Shown here piece by piece: positions 9,327-19,843 of a stretch of 64,000 nucleotides of DNA. The stretch comes from an uncultured Bacteroidales bacterium (GTDB lineage: Bacteria > Bacteroidota > Bacteroidia > Bacteroidales > UBA7960). Location of the stretch: assembly GCA_964614525.1 (NCBI GenBank), contig CAZTPA010000001.1:152282-216281 (forward strand), in the 5' to 3' direction. The notes under the pieces are model-generated. The model was not told where the DNA came from and ran no database searches. It saw only the letters and a program-made list of their open reading frames with translations. The translations under genes were made by a program, and so were the position numbers. Each line of letters starts with the position of its first letter. Within the stretch, counting starts at the first letter, position 1.

Positions 9327-11726
9327 CTAGTTTACCAGAGTAACAATGCCAATTTCAGTGTGAGTTTCTCCTTTTTCGTCAGTATATTGAACTTTATAAG
9401 AGTATGGGCCAACGGGAGCCTTTGCTCCATCCGCTGTGCCATTCCATCCTTGAGTAAAATCCTCAGAACTAAACACAACAGAACCCCAGCGATTAAAAAT
9501 TATCATAGAATAATCTGAAGGAACGAATTCAAAAATAGGTTTAAAAGTCCTGTTAACTTCAATATGGCTGTTTGGATTAAATGCATTAGGGAAGAATACT
9601 ATTTGTTGTTCAAGCTCAGTAATAAAAGACAAAACTTCTCCGTATTCTGCTCCCACACTATTTACAGCATATGCCTGGAAATAATAAGTTGTAGCGGCTT
9701 CCAGGCCACTTAACATTTCAGAAAAAGAGCCTTCATCTCCGGCAAGGCTAATATTTTCACCATCATCTATCGGATCCGGATTTAATCCCCAGTAAAATCC
9801 TCTCTCAGTAACCTCAGCGCCGCCATTAAAAAGAACTTCAGCATTTATCCTTGCAGAATTGTTTGTTATCTCAGAGGCATCAACTGTAATAACATCCGGA
9901 ACACTTGGCTCAGTAGTAAACTCCTCAACTTCACCATATCCTGTGCCTGCACTATTTGTAGCATATGCGACGAAGTAATAAGTTGTCACCGGCTCTAATC
10001 CATCCAACAATCCTGAAAACTCTCCTAATCCCGCACCTAAATCCATTTGAACACCCGAAGATTGAGGATCAGAATCTGTACCCCAGTAAACACCTCTGCC
10101 GGTAATGGCAACGCCGCCATCATAATCAACAATTCCTCCAATCATAGCAGAATTATTAGTAATATCATAAGCCGGTTCTGTAATAACTTCCGGGGGCAAA
10201 CCTAAGGTAGTAAATGATTTCTCCTCGCCTAATGCAATTCCCTCTGAGCTATCAACAAAAGCACGAAAATAATAAGTTGTACCGGGATTTAAGCCTTCTA
10301 CAATATCTGAGAATTCACCCATTCCATTTCCGATGACATATTCAACACCTGTAGTTTCTGTGTTCTGGTCGAGGCCATAATAAACTCCCCTGGTATATAA
10401 GTCACTTCCACCATCATCGGTTACTTCACCACCAAGTCTTGCCGATTCTGCAGTAATGCTGGTGGCATCATCTGTCACTACAGTAGGCATTGCTGCCGAT
10501 GTTGTAAAAGTAAGTTCATCTCCATATGCTGTTCCAACACTATTAGTTGCATATGCCAACACATAATAAGTTGTTCCCGGAAGCAGGCTTTCTATCACAT
10601 CATTAAAGGTCCCAATGCCAAAACCCATAGTATGCTGAACTCCATTAGTGACTGCATCAGGTATATCACTTAAAAAAACACCTCTTTCGCTAACACTTGC
10701 TCCTCCTGATGAAGTCACATTACCACCTAATCTTGCAGATTCTGTTGTAATATCCTGTGGTGTTGCTGTTTCAACAATTGGTTCTGTATCACCAAAATAT
10801 ATTAAGACAATATCTTCAGAAATAAGTGTTAAAGCAGTAGCAACTGTATTTTCAATCTCACAATGATAAGTTCCTTCATCTATAGCATCATCAAAGCTGG
10901 CAATAGTATATGATGTTGATGTAGCTCCCACGATCTCCACTCCATCAAGATACCATTGATATGTGTTATTTACACCACCTACTGTTACTGAAATAGTTCT
11001 TGACTCTCCAAAAACCATTGTATATTCCTCATAATTACCAACTTTGGCCTGTGGTGAATAAGTAAATTCCGAGGAAGCAATTCCTATATTTTGCTCAATA
11101 GCATCAAATTGCATACTGTTATTTTGAACTCTTAAAACTTCTAACGAAACACAAGCTGACAAATCAGGCAAATTTGTTAAGTCATTATTACTTAAAATTA
11201 ATCTTCTGATATTTAACAAATTCTGAAATGAAGCCGGAACAATTCCCGTAAATGAATTATTTTGTAATTGAATAATTTCTGCACTGCTCAACAGACCCAT
11301 ATCAGCAGGCAAATTTCCTGTCAAAGAATTATCATTCAAATCCAACCTCACAAGATTGGTAAGCCCTCCTATTTCACCAGGAATTGTACCCGTTAATGAG
11401 TTATTATTAATTCTCAGTTCACTCAACTCAAGGAAATCACCTATTTCTGTTGGAATGGTTCCACTTAAATTATTATTTTGCAGGTTAATCAATTCTACAT
11501 GACCGGCTACAACAATTAAACCGTACCAGGCATCAGTGACGTCGTTTTCATCTCCTGTAAAATCCCATCCGGTATTATCTGTCCAATTATTGCCATCTGT
11601 TGCATTATATATAGCTTCAAGCGCCTGATATTCTGCAAGTGTAACCTGGGCATTAAGTTTGTTAAATAAAACAGCGGCTAATATAATCGCCATAGAGAGT
11701 AAAAAAGTAAAAGTATTTTTCATCAT
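9327..11726 (-). CDS. T9SS cargo surface protein: signal peptide, plant-type LRRs, Ig-like domain, four FN3-like repeats, type-B (gliding-associated) C-terminal sorting domain
   Basis: 24-residue LRRs (LxxLxLxxNxLTGxIPxEIG), an Ig-like segment (TYQWYLDGVEI...GTYHCEI), and four repeats of about 98 aa ending GTTYYxxAYATNSxGxxYGE. The C-terminus is FFPNAFNPN...IFNRWGSVVF...GWNGT...GPYSYKV. Confidence 0.75.
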   Translation of the reverse strand: MMKNTFTFLLSMAIILAAVLFNKLNAQVTLAEYQALEAIYNATDGNNWTDNTGWDFTGDENDVTDAWYGLIVVAGHVELINLQNNNLSGTIPTEIGDFLELSELRINNNSLTGTIPGEIGGLTNLVRLDLNDNSLTGNLPADMGLLSSAEIIQLQNNSFTGIVPASFQNLLNIRRLILSNNDLTNLPDLSACVSLEVLRVQNNSMQFDAIEQNIGIASSEFTYSPQAKVGNYEEYTMVFGESRTISVTVGGVNNTYQWYLDGVEIVGATSTSYTIASFDDAIDEGTYHCEIENTVATALTLISEDIVLIYFGDTEPIVETATPQDITTESARLGGNVTSSGGASVSERGVFLSDIPDAVTNGVQHTMGFGIGTFNDVIESLLPGTTYYVLAYATNSVGTAYGDELTFTTSAAMPTVVTDDATSITAESARLGGEVTDDGGSDLYTRGVYYGLDQNTETTGVEYVIGNGMGEFSDIVEGLNPGTTYYFRAFVDSSEGIALGEEKSFTTLGLPPEVITEPAYDITNNSAMIGGIVDYDGGVAITGRGVYWGTDSDPQSSGVQMDLGAGLGEFSGLLDGLEPVTTYYFVAYATNSAGTGYGEVEEFTTEPSVPDVITVDASEITNNSARINAEVLFNGGAEVTERGFYWGLNPDPIDDGENISLAGDEGSFSEMLSGLEAATTYYFQAYAVNSVGAEYGEVLSFITELEQQIVFFPNAFNPNSHIEVNRTFKPIFEFVPSDYSMIIFNRWGSVVFSSEDFTQGWNGTADGAKAPVGPYSYKVQYTDEKGETHTEIGIVTLVN
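9610..10790 (-). repeat. Four diverged tandem coding repeats (about 295 nt each) inside the LRR/T9SS cargo gene
   Basis: The protein repeats align unit to unit: TxESARLGGxV..GG..V..RGVxxx.....GV......G.G.F...L.GL.P.TTYY..AYA.NS.G..YGE...FTT. Confidence 0.7.
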
Positions 11727-12056
11727 TTTAAAATTTATTTTTAATAAACATATGCCTGTATTTCTTTCCCGGTGAGGGAATTATTCGCATTATTCTCATT
11801 CTCCTCTGTGGCAATTGTTTGATAATACATTTTTAAACAGAAAATTATAATTTGAAATACTAATTTAAATATTGCCGCAACAATAATTATAGCAAATCAA
11901 AATTAATCATTATCAAAGTTAAATAATTTTAGTAATTACACTTAATTTAAGCCAATAAATAAACACGAAGTTTGGAGTAATTGTTTTAATTTTGAACGAT
12001 AAACAAAACTAAAAACAAGAAGCATTAAACTATAATTAATTTATAATATTTTTTTA

Positions 12057-12554
12057 ATGAAAAAAGAAGCAGAAAAATATTCCAGACCAAGCTGGGATGA
12101 GTATTTTATGGAAATTGCGCATACAGTTAGCAAGCGGGCAACATGCGATCGTGGCAGAAGTGGTTGTGTTATAGCTCGTGATAGGCAAATTCTCGTAACA
12201 GGTTATGTTGGATCACCCAAAAACCTGCCACATTGCGATGATGTTGGCCATGAAATGAAAAAGGTATTACATGAAAATGGTTCCACAAGCATGCATTGTG
12301 TCAGGACAGTACATGCTGAGCAAAACGCAATATGTCAGGCTGCAAGATTAGGAATTAGTATTGAAGGAGCAACATTATATTGCAGAATGACACCCTGCCG
12401 TGTTTGCGCGATGCTAATTATAAATTGCGGAATAAAAAAAGTGATTTGCGAAAAAAAGTATCACGCCGGCGGCGAATCCGAAATTATGTTTAAAAATGCT
12501 AATGTTGAATTAGTTTACTTTAGTGAAGATTATATGAAATACGATAATCAATAG
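12057..12554 (+). CDS. dCMP (deoxycytidylate) deaminase, zinc-dependent CMP/dCMP deaminase family
   Basis: HAEQNAI and PCRVCAMLI zinc-binding motifs; about 165 aa. Confidence 0.85.
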   Translation: MKKEAEKYSRPSWDEYFMEIAHTVSKRATCDRGRSGCVIARDRQILVTGYVGSPKNLPHCDDVGHEMKKVLHENGSTSMHCVRTVHAEQNAICQAARLGISIEGATLYCRMTPCRVCAMLIINCGIKKVICEKKYHAGGESEIMFKNANVELVYFSEDYMKYDNQ

Positions 12555-12586
12555 CTTGCAAATAAAGCCACATAGTATTTTGAGCT

Positions 12587-13225
12587 TTACCCTATATTGA
12601 AAACTTTTATTATTCCCTCTACAATAAACTGCAATGATATTGCCACTACAATTATCCCAAACAGCCTTGTAAGAACATTAAAGAAAATGGGATCTATTAG
12701 TTTTTCAATTTTTACCGAAAATACAAATACAAATAAAACTATTGCCAATATCACCAATAAAATCAAAGAAAGAACAAAATAATCCAAAGGGCTGCTTAGC
12801 CTGTTACCGAACAATAAGACAGTAGTAATTGAACCGGGACCTGACATCATAGGAATAGCCAAAGGCACAAGTATTTCCCTAAAACGAGTTCTTACAAGTT
12901 GATGAGGATCCTTTGCTTCAAGCTTGCGCGATTCTATTTGAAATATTTTCCCATTTACCATTGATAATCCTGTGAAGAGCAATAATATTCCTCCTGCCAT
13001 TTGAAAAACAGGCAGCTCAATAGAAAAGAAAGTTAGAATAGTTTTGCCAAAAATCATGAATGTAACCAATATAATTGCTGCAGTAGCAATTAACAGTCGT
13101 GCTAATTCTCTTCTGCCTGATTTGGTTAAATCATTTGTAAGCTCTGACCATAATGGAATTAATCCCAATGGATTCATAATAGCCATCATGGCAGCCAAAA
13201 AATTGAGATATAAGTTCCAGTTCAT
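12587..13225 (-). CDS. MarC-family (UPF0056) integral membrane protein
   Basis: About 210 aa with six hydrophobic helices. N-terminal MNPLGLIPLW-type motif. Confidence 0.7.
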   Translation of the reverse strand: MNWNLYLNFLAAMMAIMNPLGLIPLWSELTNDLTKSGRRELARLLIATAAIILVTFMIFGKTILTFFSIELPVFQMAGGILLLFTGLSMVNGKIFQIESRKLEAKDPHQLVRTRFREILVPLAIPMMSGPGSITTVLLFGNRLSSPLDYFVLSLILLVILAIVLFVFVFSVKIEKLIDPIFFNVLTRLFGIIVVAISLQFIVEGIIKVFNIG

Positions 13226-13365
13226 ATTCTGATAATAAAGAGTTTTTATTCTTTAATTCTCTGAATCTATTCTAAAACAAAAGATCTTAAAATATAAAGT
13301 AATTATAAGGTTAAAAGCAATTAAAGAAACTATTGCTCAGATTTAAAATGTAATAAAATAATAAT

Positions 13366-14358
13366 TTAATTATCAAAAATCAATACTCCCTGATCGCCGC
13401 TTGATTTTACAAAACCTCTAAACATTGCAGTAGTATTAAAAATCATTGCAACATTACCATCTTTATCCACAGCAATTATACCACCATTAGCTTTTTGTTC
13501 TACGAGCTTTCCTTTAATAACATTCTCTGCGGCATTAACAAGGCTGCTTCCTCCATACTTTATTTGTGCGGCTATATCGTAAGCTATAACATTTCTGATA
13601 AAATATTCGCCATGACCTGTCGAAGAGACTGCACAAACATCATTGTCGGCATAGGTACCTGCACCAATAATGGGGCTGTCTCCTACTCTGCCATATTTTT
13701 TGGCTAACATTCCTCCCGTTGAAGTTGCGGCTGCAAGATTACCTTGCATATCAAGAACCACAGCACCAACAGTTCCCATCTTATTATCCTGAGGAATATA
13801 GCCCTGATCTTTCTTAATATATTTTTGATATTGATTCCATCTTCGCTGATCAAAAAAATACGAAGGATCCACAATTTCCACATGCTGTTCAACAGCAAAT
13901 TGCTCTGCTCCTTTCCCAACAAGCATAACATGAGGAGAATTATCCATTACCTTTCTTGCTGCTTCTATCGGATTTTTAATATTGGTAACTCCGGCAACTG
14001 CTCCGGCATTACCGGTCTTACCGCACATAATTGAAGCGTCAAGTTCATTTTTACCGTCAATATTAAATACTGCTCCTTTACCTGCATTAAACATAGGGGA
14101 ATCTTCCAAAAGCTTTATCACAGCTACGGCAACATCTAAAGCATCCATGCCGTTTTTAAGCATTTCTTCACCTGTCTTTAGTGAAGATTCAAGAACTTTT
14201 TCATATTCCAGAATTGCTTCCTCACTGAGACTTTCTTTTGGGATATTACCTGATCCACCGTGTATAACTAAGGTGTACTTTTCTTTTGCATTAAGTTGAA
14301 AAACACCTAAAAACAGAAATGCAAACAGACAAATAATTAAACGATAATGCTTCATCAT
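13366..14358 (-). CDS. Isoaspartyl peptidase / plant-type L-asparaginase (Ntn hydrolase), secreted
   Basis: Signal peptide, HGGSG N-terminus, autoprocessing site GTVGAVVLD, GAGxxADN motif. Confidence 0.85.
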   Translation of the reverse strand: MMKHYRLIICLFAFLFLGVFQLNAKEKYTLVIHGGSGNIPKESLSEEAILEYEKVLESSLKTGEEMLKNGMDALDVAVAVIKLLEDSPMFNAGKGAVFNIDGKNELDASIMCGKTGNAGAVAGVTNIKNPIEAARKVMDNSPHVMLVGKGAEQFAVEQHVEIVDPSYFFDQRRWNQYQKYIKKDQGYIPQDNKMGTVGAVVLDMQGNLAAATSTGGMLAKKYGRVGDSPIIGAGTYADNDVCAVSSTGHGEYFIRNVIAYDIAAQIKYGGSSLVNAAENVIKGKLVEQKANGGIIAVDKDGNVAMIFNTTAMFRGFVKSSGDQGVLIFDN

Positions 14359-14452
14359 CTTTTTGTTTTTAAGTTTTGATTAAAACTCTGTGGAAATAAT
14401 ACTTTTAAAAACACATGATATTAAAAAAAAACAATAAAATCCTGGAAAACTT

Positions 14453-15106
14453 CTATTTCGTTTCTTCTTCTTTTAGCATCTCAATAACCTCATCTGTAAT
14501 ATCCAAATCAGGATTGGCAAGCAAGATACCACCACCACGAGCATATCCAAAAATAAAGTCGTAATCTTTATCTTCATTATATCTTTCCAAAAACATAGAA
14601 ATGCTATCTGTTAGCTGTTCTTGCATTTCCATTTCTTTGCGAATCAATTGCTCAGAAAACTGTTCATTAAGATTATAAAGTTCCTGTTGAGCCATCATAA
14701 GCTCCTGTTCTTTTTGTTGTGCATTAACGGATGAAATTGCACCGGTTTGAACATCTCTCTGGAATTTCTCTACCTCACTTTGAAAGTTTCGTTGTTTTTT
14801 AGAAAATTCATTTTCTAACCTTCTTTTTTCTTCATCAAGTTGAGAGCTTAAAACATCCGACAAATAATACTCTTCAACAATCACATCGCTATTTACATAT
14901 GCAATAGCAGGCATTTTTTGTTCAATTTTCTCTTCAAGAGTAGTTTTTCCATCTTCATTTTTTGTAAACCCACCTCTTTCAGAAGCAAAAAACAATATAT
15001 AAAGAGCTACCAATCCAATTATTAGAACAATATTAAGACCTGCGACTAAAAAAGGGATTCTTCCTTTAGTGTTTTGATTTTCTAATTTATCACTAGTATT
15101 TTCCAT
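14453..15106 (-). CDS. OmpH/Skp-like periplasmic chaperone with N-terminal membrane anchor
   Basis: N-terminal TM followed by a long charged coiled-coil region (QQKEQELMMAQQELYNLNEQ) typical of the OmpH family. Confidence 0.55.
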   Translation of the reverse strand: MENTSDKLENQNTKGRIPFLVAGLNIVLIIGLVALYILFFASERGGFTKNEDGKTTLEEKIEQKMPAIAYVNSDVIVEEYYLSDVLSSQLDEEKRRLENEFSKKQRNFQSEVEKFQRDVQTGAISSVNAQQKEQELMMAQQELYNLNEQFSEQLIRKEMEMQEQLTDSISMFLERYNEDKDYDFIFGYARGGGILLANPDLDITDEVIEMLKEEETK

Positions 15107-15145
15107 GCTTAGTATTTTTCAGTATTTATAAATGATTAAAAAATA

Positions 15146-17344
15146 TTAATTACCCATTTCCGACAAGAATTTAATTCTCATCAATCTTATTTCTTCTTCA
15201 GTAAAATCATCTTCTCCAAGCTCTATTAAAGCTTCACTAAAAGAATCGGTTTCAGCAGTAGTAAAATATTCAAAAATCTCATCCTGTTTATCTGCTTCAA
15301 TAACCTGATTGATGTAATAACTAATATCAATTTTGGTTCCTGAGGCAACAATACTTTCTATTTCAGCGATTACCTCTTCCAATTCAACGCCTTTAGTAAA
15401 AGCGATATCCTCCAAAGGAATTTTCCTGTCAATATTTTGAATAATATAAACTTTAAGTCCGGATTTATTAACAACCGACTTCACAATCATATCCATAGGT
15501 CTTTCAACCTCGTTTTCTTCAACATATTTTGTAATGAGATCAACAAATGGCTTTCCGAACTTCTCCGCCTTACCGGAGCCTACACCTGTTATTTGCTTAA
15601 GTTCACTAATATTCACTGGATATTGAATCGCCATATCTTCCAGTGAAGGATCCTGAAAAATAACAAATGGAGGTAGGTTATTCTTTTTGGCTATCTCTTT
15701 TCTTAAATCTTTAAGAAGAGCAAATAACACTTTATCGCTGGCACTGGTCTTTTGGCCTCCTCTTCCCATTGATTCTTCTTCATCAGGATTATTATAATCA
15801 TGGTCTTTACTTATTTTAACCGAAGTGGGTTTATCGAGATACTTCTTACCCTTAGGTGAAACTTTCAAAAGACCGTAATTCTCAATATCTTTTTCAAGCA
15901 GCCTTTCAACCAAGCTTTGCCTGATAACAGCATTCCAAAATTTCTCATCCTGATCTGCTCCTTTGCCAAAAATTTCCAGTTTATTATGTTTACAGGATTT
16001 TATTGTTGCGGTATTTTTTCCCATAAGAATGTTAATTACATGTTTTGCGTTAAATATTTCTTTAATTTCAAGTACTGTTTCTAATAAAAGGCAAATATAT
16101 TCTTTTCCTTCAAATTTTTCTTTAGGATATAAACAATTATCACAAGTTCCACAATTTTCATTTACGTATATTTCACCGAAATAGTTTAGCAACATCTTTC
16201 TCCTGCATATTGAAGATTCAGCATAGGCAACAGTTTCATATAATAATTGCATTCCGATTTCCTGCTCGGCAACAGGTTTTCCTTTTAAAAATTTTTCTAA
16301 TTTTTTAATATCTTCATAAGCATAAAATGCGATACAATTTCCTTCGCCATCATCACGGCCTGATCTGCCGGTTTCCTGATAATAAGCTTCCAGGCTTTTG
16401 GGAATATCATAATGTATTACAAACCTCACATCCGGCTTATCAATACCCATACCGAAAGCGATAGTTGCAACGATAACATCAACATCTTCCATTAGAAACT
16501 TATCCTGATTTGTCACTCTAACAGCACTGTCAAGTCCGGCATGATAAGGCAATGCTTTAATGCCATTAACCTGAAGAGTTTCTGCAATTTCTTCAACTTT
16601 TTTTCTGCTTAGGCAATAAACTATTCCTGATTTGCCGGTATTATTTTTTATAAACCTGATAACATCTTTAATTGCATTTTCAGTTTTAGGTCTAACTTCA
16701 TAATACAAATTTGGCCTGTTAAAAGAAGAAACAAAGACAGTAGCATTTTGCATATTAAGATTTTTCCTGATATCTTGTTGCACTTTTGGAGTAGCAGTAG
16801 CTGTAAGAGCAATTACAGGCACGGGTTTCTCAAAAGCATTAATAATAGGGCGCAACCGGCGATATTCAGGCCTAAAATCATGTCCCCACTCAGAAATACA
16901 ATGCGCTTCATCAACAGCAAAAAAGGAGATATTAATTTCTTTAAGAAACTGTACGTTTTCATCTTTTGTCAATGACTCCGGAGCAACATATAACAGCTTA
17001 GTAATTCCTTCTTTCAAATCTTTTTTTACCTGAACTATTTCACTTTTCGTCAATGAAGAATTTAAAACATGAGCAATACCTCTATAACTGGCAAAATTGC
17101 GTATTGCATCCACTTGGTTCTTCATTAAAGCAATAAGCGGAGAAACAATAATAGCAGTTCCCTCGCTAATTAATGCCGGAAGTTGATAACACATAGATTT
17201 CCCGGCTCCCGTTGGCATAATTACGAAAGTATCCTTACCCTGCAACAAATTTTGAATGATTATTTCCTGATCACCTTTAAAATTGCTATACCCGAAGATT
17301 TTCTTTAATAATTCTCTTAGTGAAACATCACTCTTTGTTTCCAT
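15146..17344 (-). CDS. recQ: ATP-dependent DNA helicase RecQ
   Basis: FGYSNFKGDQEIII, PTGAGKS, DEAH, zinc-finger CxxCDNC, RQC and C-terminal HRDC region; 732 aa. Confidence 0.95.
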   Translation of the reverse strand: METKSDVSLRELLKKIFGYSNFKGDQEIIIQNLLQGKDTFVIMPTGAGKSMCYQLPALISEGTAIIVSPLIALMKNQVDAIRNFASYRGIAHVLNSSLTKSEIVQVKKDLKEGITKLLYVAPESLTKDENVQFLKEINISFFAVDEAHCISEWGHDFRPEYRRLRPIINAFEKPVPVIALTATATPKVQQDIRKNLNMQNATVFVSSFNRPNLYYEVRPKTENAIKDVIRFIKNNTGKSGIVYCLSRKKVEEIAETLQVNGIKALPYHAGLDSAVRVTNQDKFLMEDVDVIVATIAFGMGIDKPDVRFVIHYDIPKSLEAYYQETGRSGRDDGEGNCIAFYAYEDIKKLEKFLKGKPVAEQEIGMQLLYETVAYAESSICRRKMLLNYFGEIYVNENCGTCDNCLYPKEKFEGKEYICLLLETVLEIKEIFNAKHVINILMGKNTATIKSCKHNKLEIFGKGADQDEKFWNAVIRQSLVERLLEKDIENYGLLKVSPKGKKYLDKPTSVKISKDHDYNNPDEEESMGRGGQKTSASDKVLFALLKDLRKEIAKKNNLPPFVIFQDPSLEDMAIQYPVNISELKQITGVGSGKAEKFGKPFVDLITKYVEENEVERPMDMIVKSVVNKSGLKVYIIQNIDRKIPLEDIAFTKGVELEEVIAEIESIVASGTKIDISYYINQVIEADKQDEIFEYFTTAETDSFSEALIELGEDDFTEEEIRLMRIKFLSEMGN

Positions 17345-17447
17345 TCTTTAACTTTATTAATAAATTCGATACATTTGTAACGTAAATTTAGCATTTATAT
17401 ATATCAGCGCAAAATTAAATCTATTTATTTTTTTATTTTTATGAGTT

Positions 17448-18413
17448 GTGGAAAGTATTGAAAACATAAAACGTACAGCGAAAAATACAATCAGGCTGGA
17501 AGCAAATGCCATTAGCAAGCTTGAAGATTATATCGATGATGATTTTGCACGCATTGTTGAAAAAGTTTTTAACTGTGATGGCAGAGTTGTAATAACCGGG
17601 ATTGGGAAAAGTGCAATAATTGCCTCAAAAATAGTTTCAACCTTAAATTCAACAGGAACACCGGCAATTTTCATGCATGCTGCTGATGCAATACATGGCG
17701 ATTTAGGCATAGTCCAAAGAGATGACATTGTTATATGTATTAGTAATAGCGGAAATACTCCTGAAATAAAAGTTTTGGTGCCTATGTTGAAAAGCCTGGG
17801 AACCTGCCTTATTGGAATGACAGGAAATTTAAAATCTTTTCTTGCGTTTCAGAGCGAGTTTGTTATAAAAACTTCAGTTGACTCAGAAGCTTCACCGGGC
17901 AACCCGGCACCAACAACAAGTACAACAGCTCAGTTAGTTATGGGCGACGCCCTTGCAGTTTCATTGCTAGAACTTAGAGGATTTTCCCAAAACGATTTCG
18001 CAAGATATCATCCCGGAGGTTCATTGGGCAAACAGTTATATCTTAAAGTTGAGGATTTATATTTATTTAATGAAAGACCACATGTAGATATAAATTCTGA
18101 TGTTAAGAAAGTTATCCTTGAAATTTCCACCAAAAGACTCGGAGCAACTGCTGTGTTAAACAAAAACAAAATCGTTGGAGTAATTACTGATGGTGATTTA
18201 AGACGTATGCTCGAAAAAGATCTTAATATTGCCAATGTAAAAGCCAAAGATATTATGAGCGAGAACCCTAAAACAATTTCTCCCGGTACTATGGCTGTTG
18301 ATGCTTTGCAAATTATGAGAAATCATAATATTACACAATTGATAGTGGAAAATAATGGAGAGTATTTGGGCGTTCTTCATTTGCATGATATTTTACAGGA
18401 AGGGATTATTTAA
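17448..18413 (+). CDS. kdsD: KpsF/GutQ-family arabinose-5-phosphate isomerase (SIS + 2 CBS domains)
   Basis: SIS motif (VITGIGKSAIIASKI) and two C-terminal CBS domains. GTG start. TACATTTG -7 box at 17370-17377. Confidence 0.85.
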   Translation: MESIENIKRTAKNTIRLEANAISKLEDYIDDDFARIVEKVFNCDGRVVITGIGKSAIIASKIVSTLNSTGTPAIFMHAADAIHGDLGIVQRDDIVICISNSGNTPEIKVLVPMLKSLGTCLIGMTGNLKSFLAFQSEFVIKTSVDSEASPGNPAPTTSTTAQLVMGDALAVSLLELRGFSQNDFARYHPGGSLGKQLYLKVEDLYLFNERPHVDINSDVKKVILEISTKRLGATAVLNKNKIVGVITDGDLRRMLEKDLNIANVKAKDIMSENPKTISPGTMAVDALQIMRNHNITQLIVENNGEYLGVLHLHDILQEGII

Positions 18414-18488
18414 AATCCAAAAACTTCCTTAGCTGAGAATATTATAGACTATATTTAAGATTAATGATAAAAGAAGAAAATTAATAAA

Positions 18489-19214
18489 ATGAAGTTATAT
18501 ACTGAGAATCTGATAAAAAAATACAAGAACAGAGCAGTTGTTAATCATGTTTCTGTTTCGGTTGACCAAGGTGAAATTGTTGGTTTGCTCGGTCCAAATG
18601 GTGCCGGCAAAACAACAACCTTTTACATGATAGTTGGCTTGATAAAACCACTTGAAGGCAATATTTATTTAGGCAACGAAAATATAACAAAACTGCCTAT
18701 GTATAAAAGAGCTCAAAAGGGAATCGGATACCTTGCACAGGAAGCAAGCGTATTCAGACATTTAAGTGTTGAGGATAATATAAAGGCAGTTTTGGAATTT
18801 ACCAATAAAAGTAAGCAAGAGCAAAAAGAAAAACTTGAAGAGCTGTTGGATGAATTTGGCTTACAAGCTATTAGAAAAAGTAAAGGAAATACTCTTTCAG
18901 GTGGTGAAAGAAGAAGAATTGAGATTGCCAGATCATTGTCGGTTGATCCAAAGTATATCCTGCTTGATGAGCCCTTTGCAGGAGTTGACCCAATTGCCGT
19001 TGAAGATATTCAAAGTATCGTTCGTAAACTAAAAGAAAGAAATATTGGTGTTCTTATTACTGACCATAATGTACACGAAACTCTTAATATCACAGACAGG
19101 GCATATCTGTTGTTTGAAGGTAAAATTCTCAAATCAGGCACAGCTGAAGATCTAGCCTCAGATGAAGAAGTGAGAAGAGTATATTTGGGTGAAAGTTTTA
19201 AACTAGACAGATAA
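18489..19214 (+). CDS. lptB: LPS export ABC transporter ATP-binding protein LptB
   Basis: Walker [10 protein letters not shown], signature LSGGERRR, Walker B LLDEPF; 241 aa. Adjacent to kdsD, as in many genomes. Confidence 0.9.
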   Translation: MKLYTENLIKKYKNRAVVNHVSVSVDQGEIVGLLGPNGAGKTTTFYMIVGLIKPLEGNIYLGNENITKLPMYKRAQKGIGYLAQEASVFRHLSVEDNIKAVLEFTNKSKQEQKEKLEELLDEFGLQAIRKSKGNTLSGGERRRIEIARSLSVDPKYILLDEPFAGVDPIAVEDIQSIVRKLKERNIGVLITDHNVHETLNITDRAYLLFEGKILKSGTAEDLASDEEVRRVYLGESFKLDR

Positions 19215-19275
19215 GTATTAATGCTAATTTGAAATTATGCTTAATATAAATTAGTCCTATGCCGGGATGATTTTA

Positions 19276-19752
19276 TTATTTAGTAATTAAACAAACTGCT
19301 TGAGCTGACACGCCTTCACCTTTACCAACAAAACCAAGTTTTTCTGTAGTTGTGGCCTTAATGTTGACTCTGTCAGTATCTACTCCTAATACAAGCGCAA
19401 TTTGTTTTTGCATTTCAGGAATGAATGAAGAAATTTTGGGATTTTGCAAACAAACTATCGAGTCAATATTAACTATCTTCCAACTATTTTCAGTAAGCAA
19501 GTCTAGTACCCTCTTCAACAAAACTTTACTGTCAATATTCTTGTATTGATTATCATTATCGGGAAAATGAGCACCTATATCTTTAAGACTCGCAGCTCCA
19601 AGCAAGGCATCCATAATCGCATGTATTAAAACATCAGCATCCGAATGGCCATGCAAACCTTTTTCAAAAGGAATATTTACTCCTCCAATAATCATTGAAC
19701 AAGCTTCTTCAAGACGATGAACATCGTAACCGATACCTACTCTAATATTCAC
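19276..19752 (-). CDS. ispF: 2-C-methyl-D-erythritol 2,4-cyclodiphosphate synthase IspF
   Basis: IRVGIGYDVHRL and HSDADVLIHA motifs. The track ORF (to 19812) starts at a TTG and adds 20 hydrophobic residues. The in-frame GTG at 19752 gives the canonical MNIRVGIGYDVH N-terminus (159 aa). Confidence 0.88.
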   Translation of the reverse strand: MNIRVGIGYDVHRLEEACSMIIGGVNIPFEKGLHGHSDADVLIHAIMDALLGAASLKDIGAHFPDNDNQYKNIDSKVLLKRVLDLLTENSWKIVNIDSIVCLQNPKISSFIPEMQKQIALVLGVDTDRVNIKATTTEKLGFVGKGEGVSAQAVCLITK

Positions 19753-19843
19753 AGAATAATTTTTATAATAAGAATATAAAATAATTATAACAGAGATAAT
19801 TGCCGGGCACAAAAGAGTTTAAATGCATTATTGCTAAAAGCTG

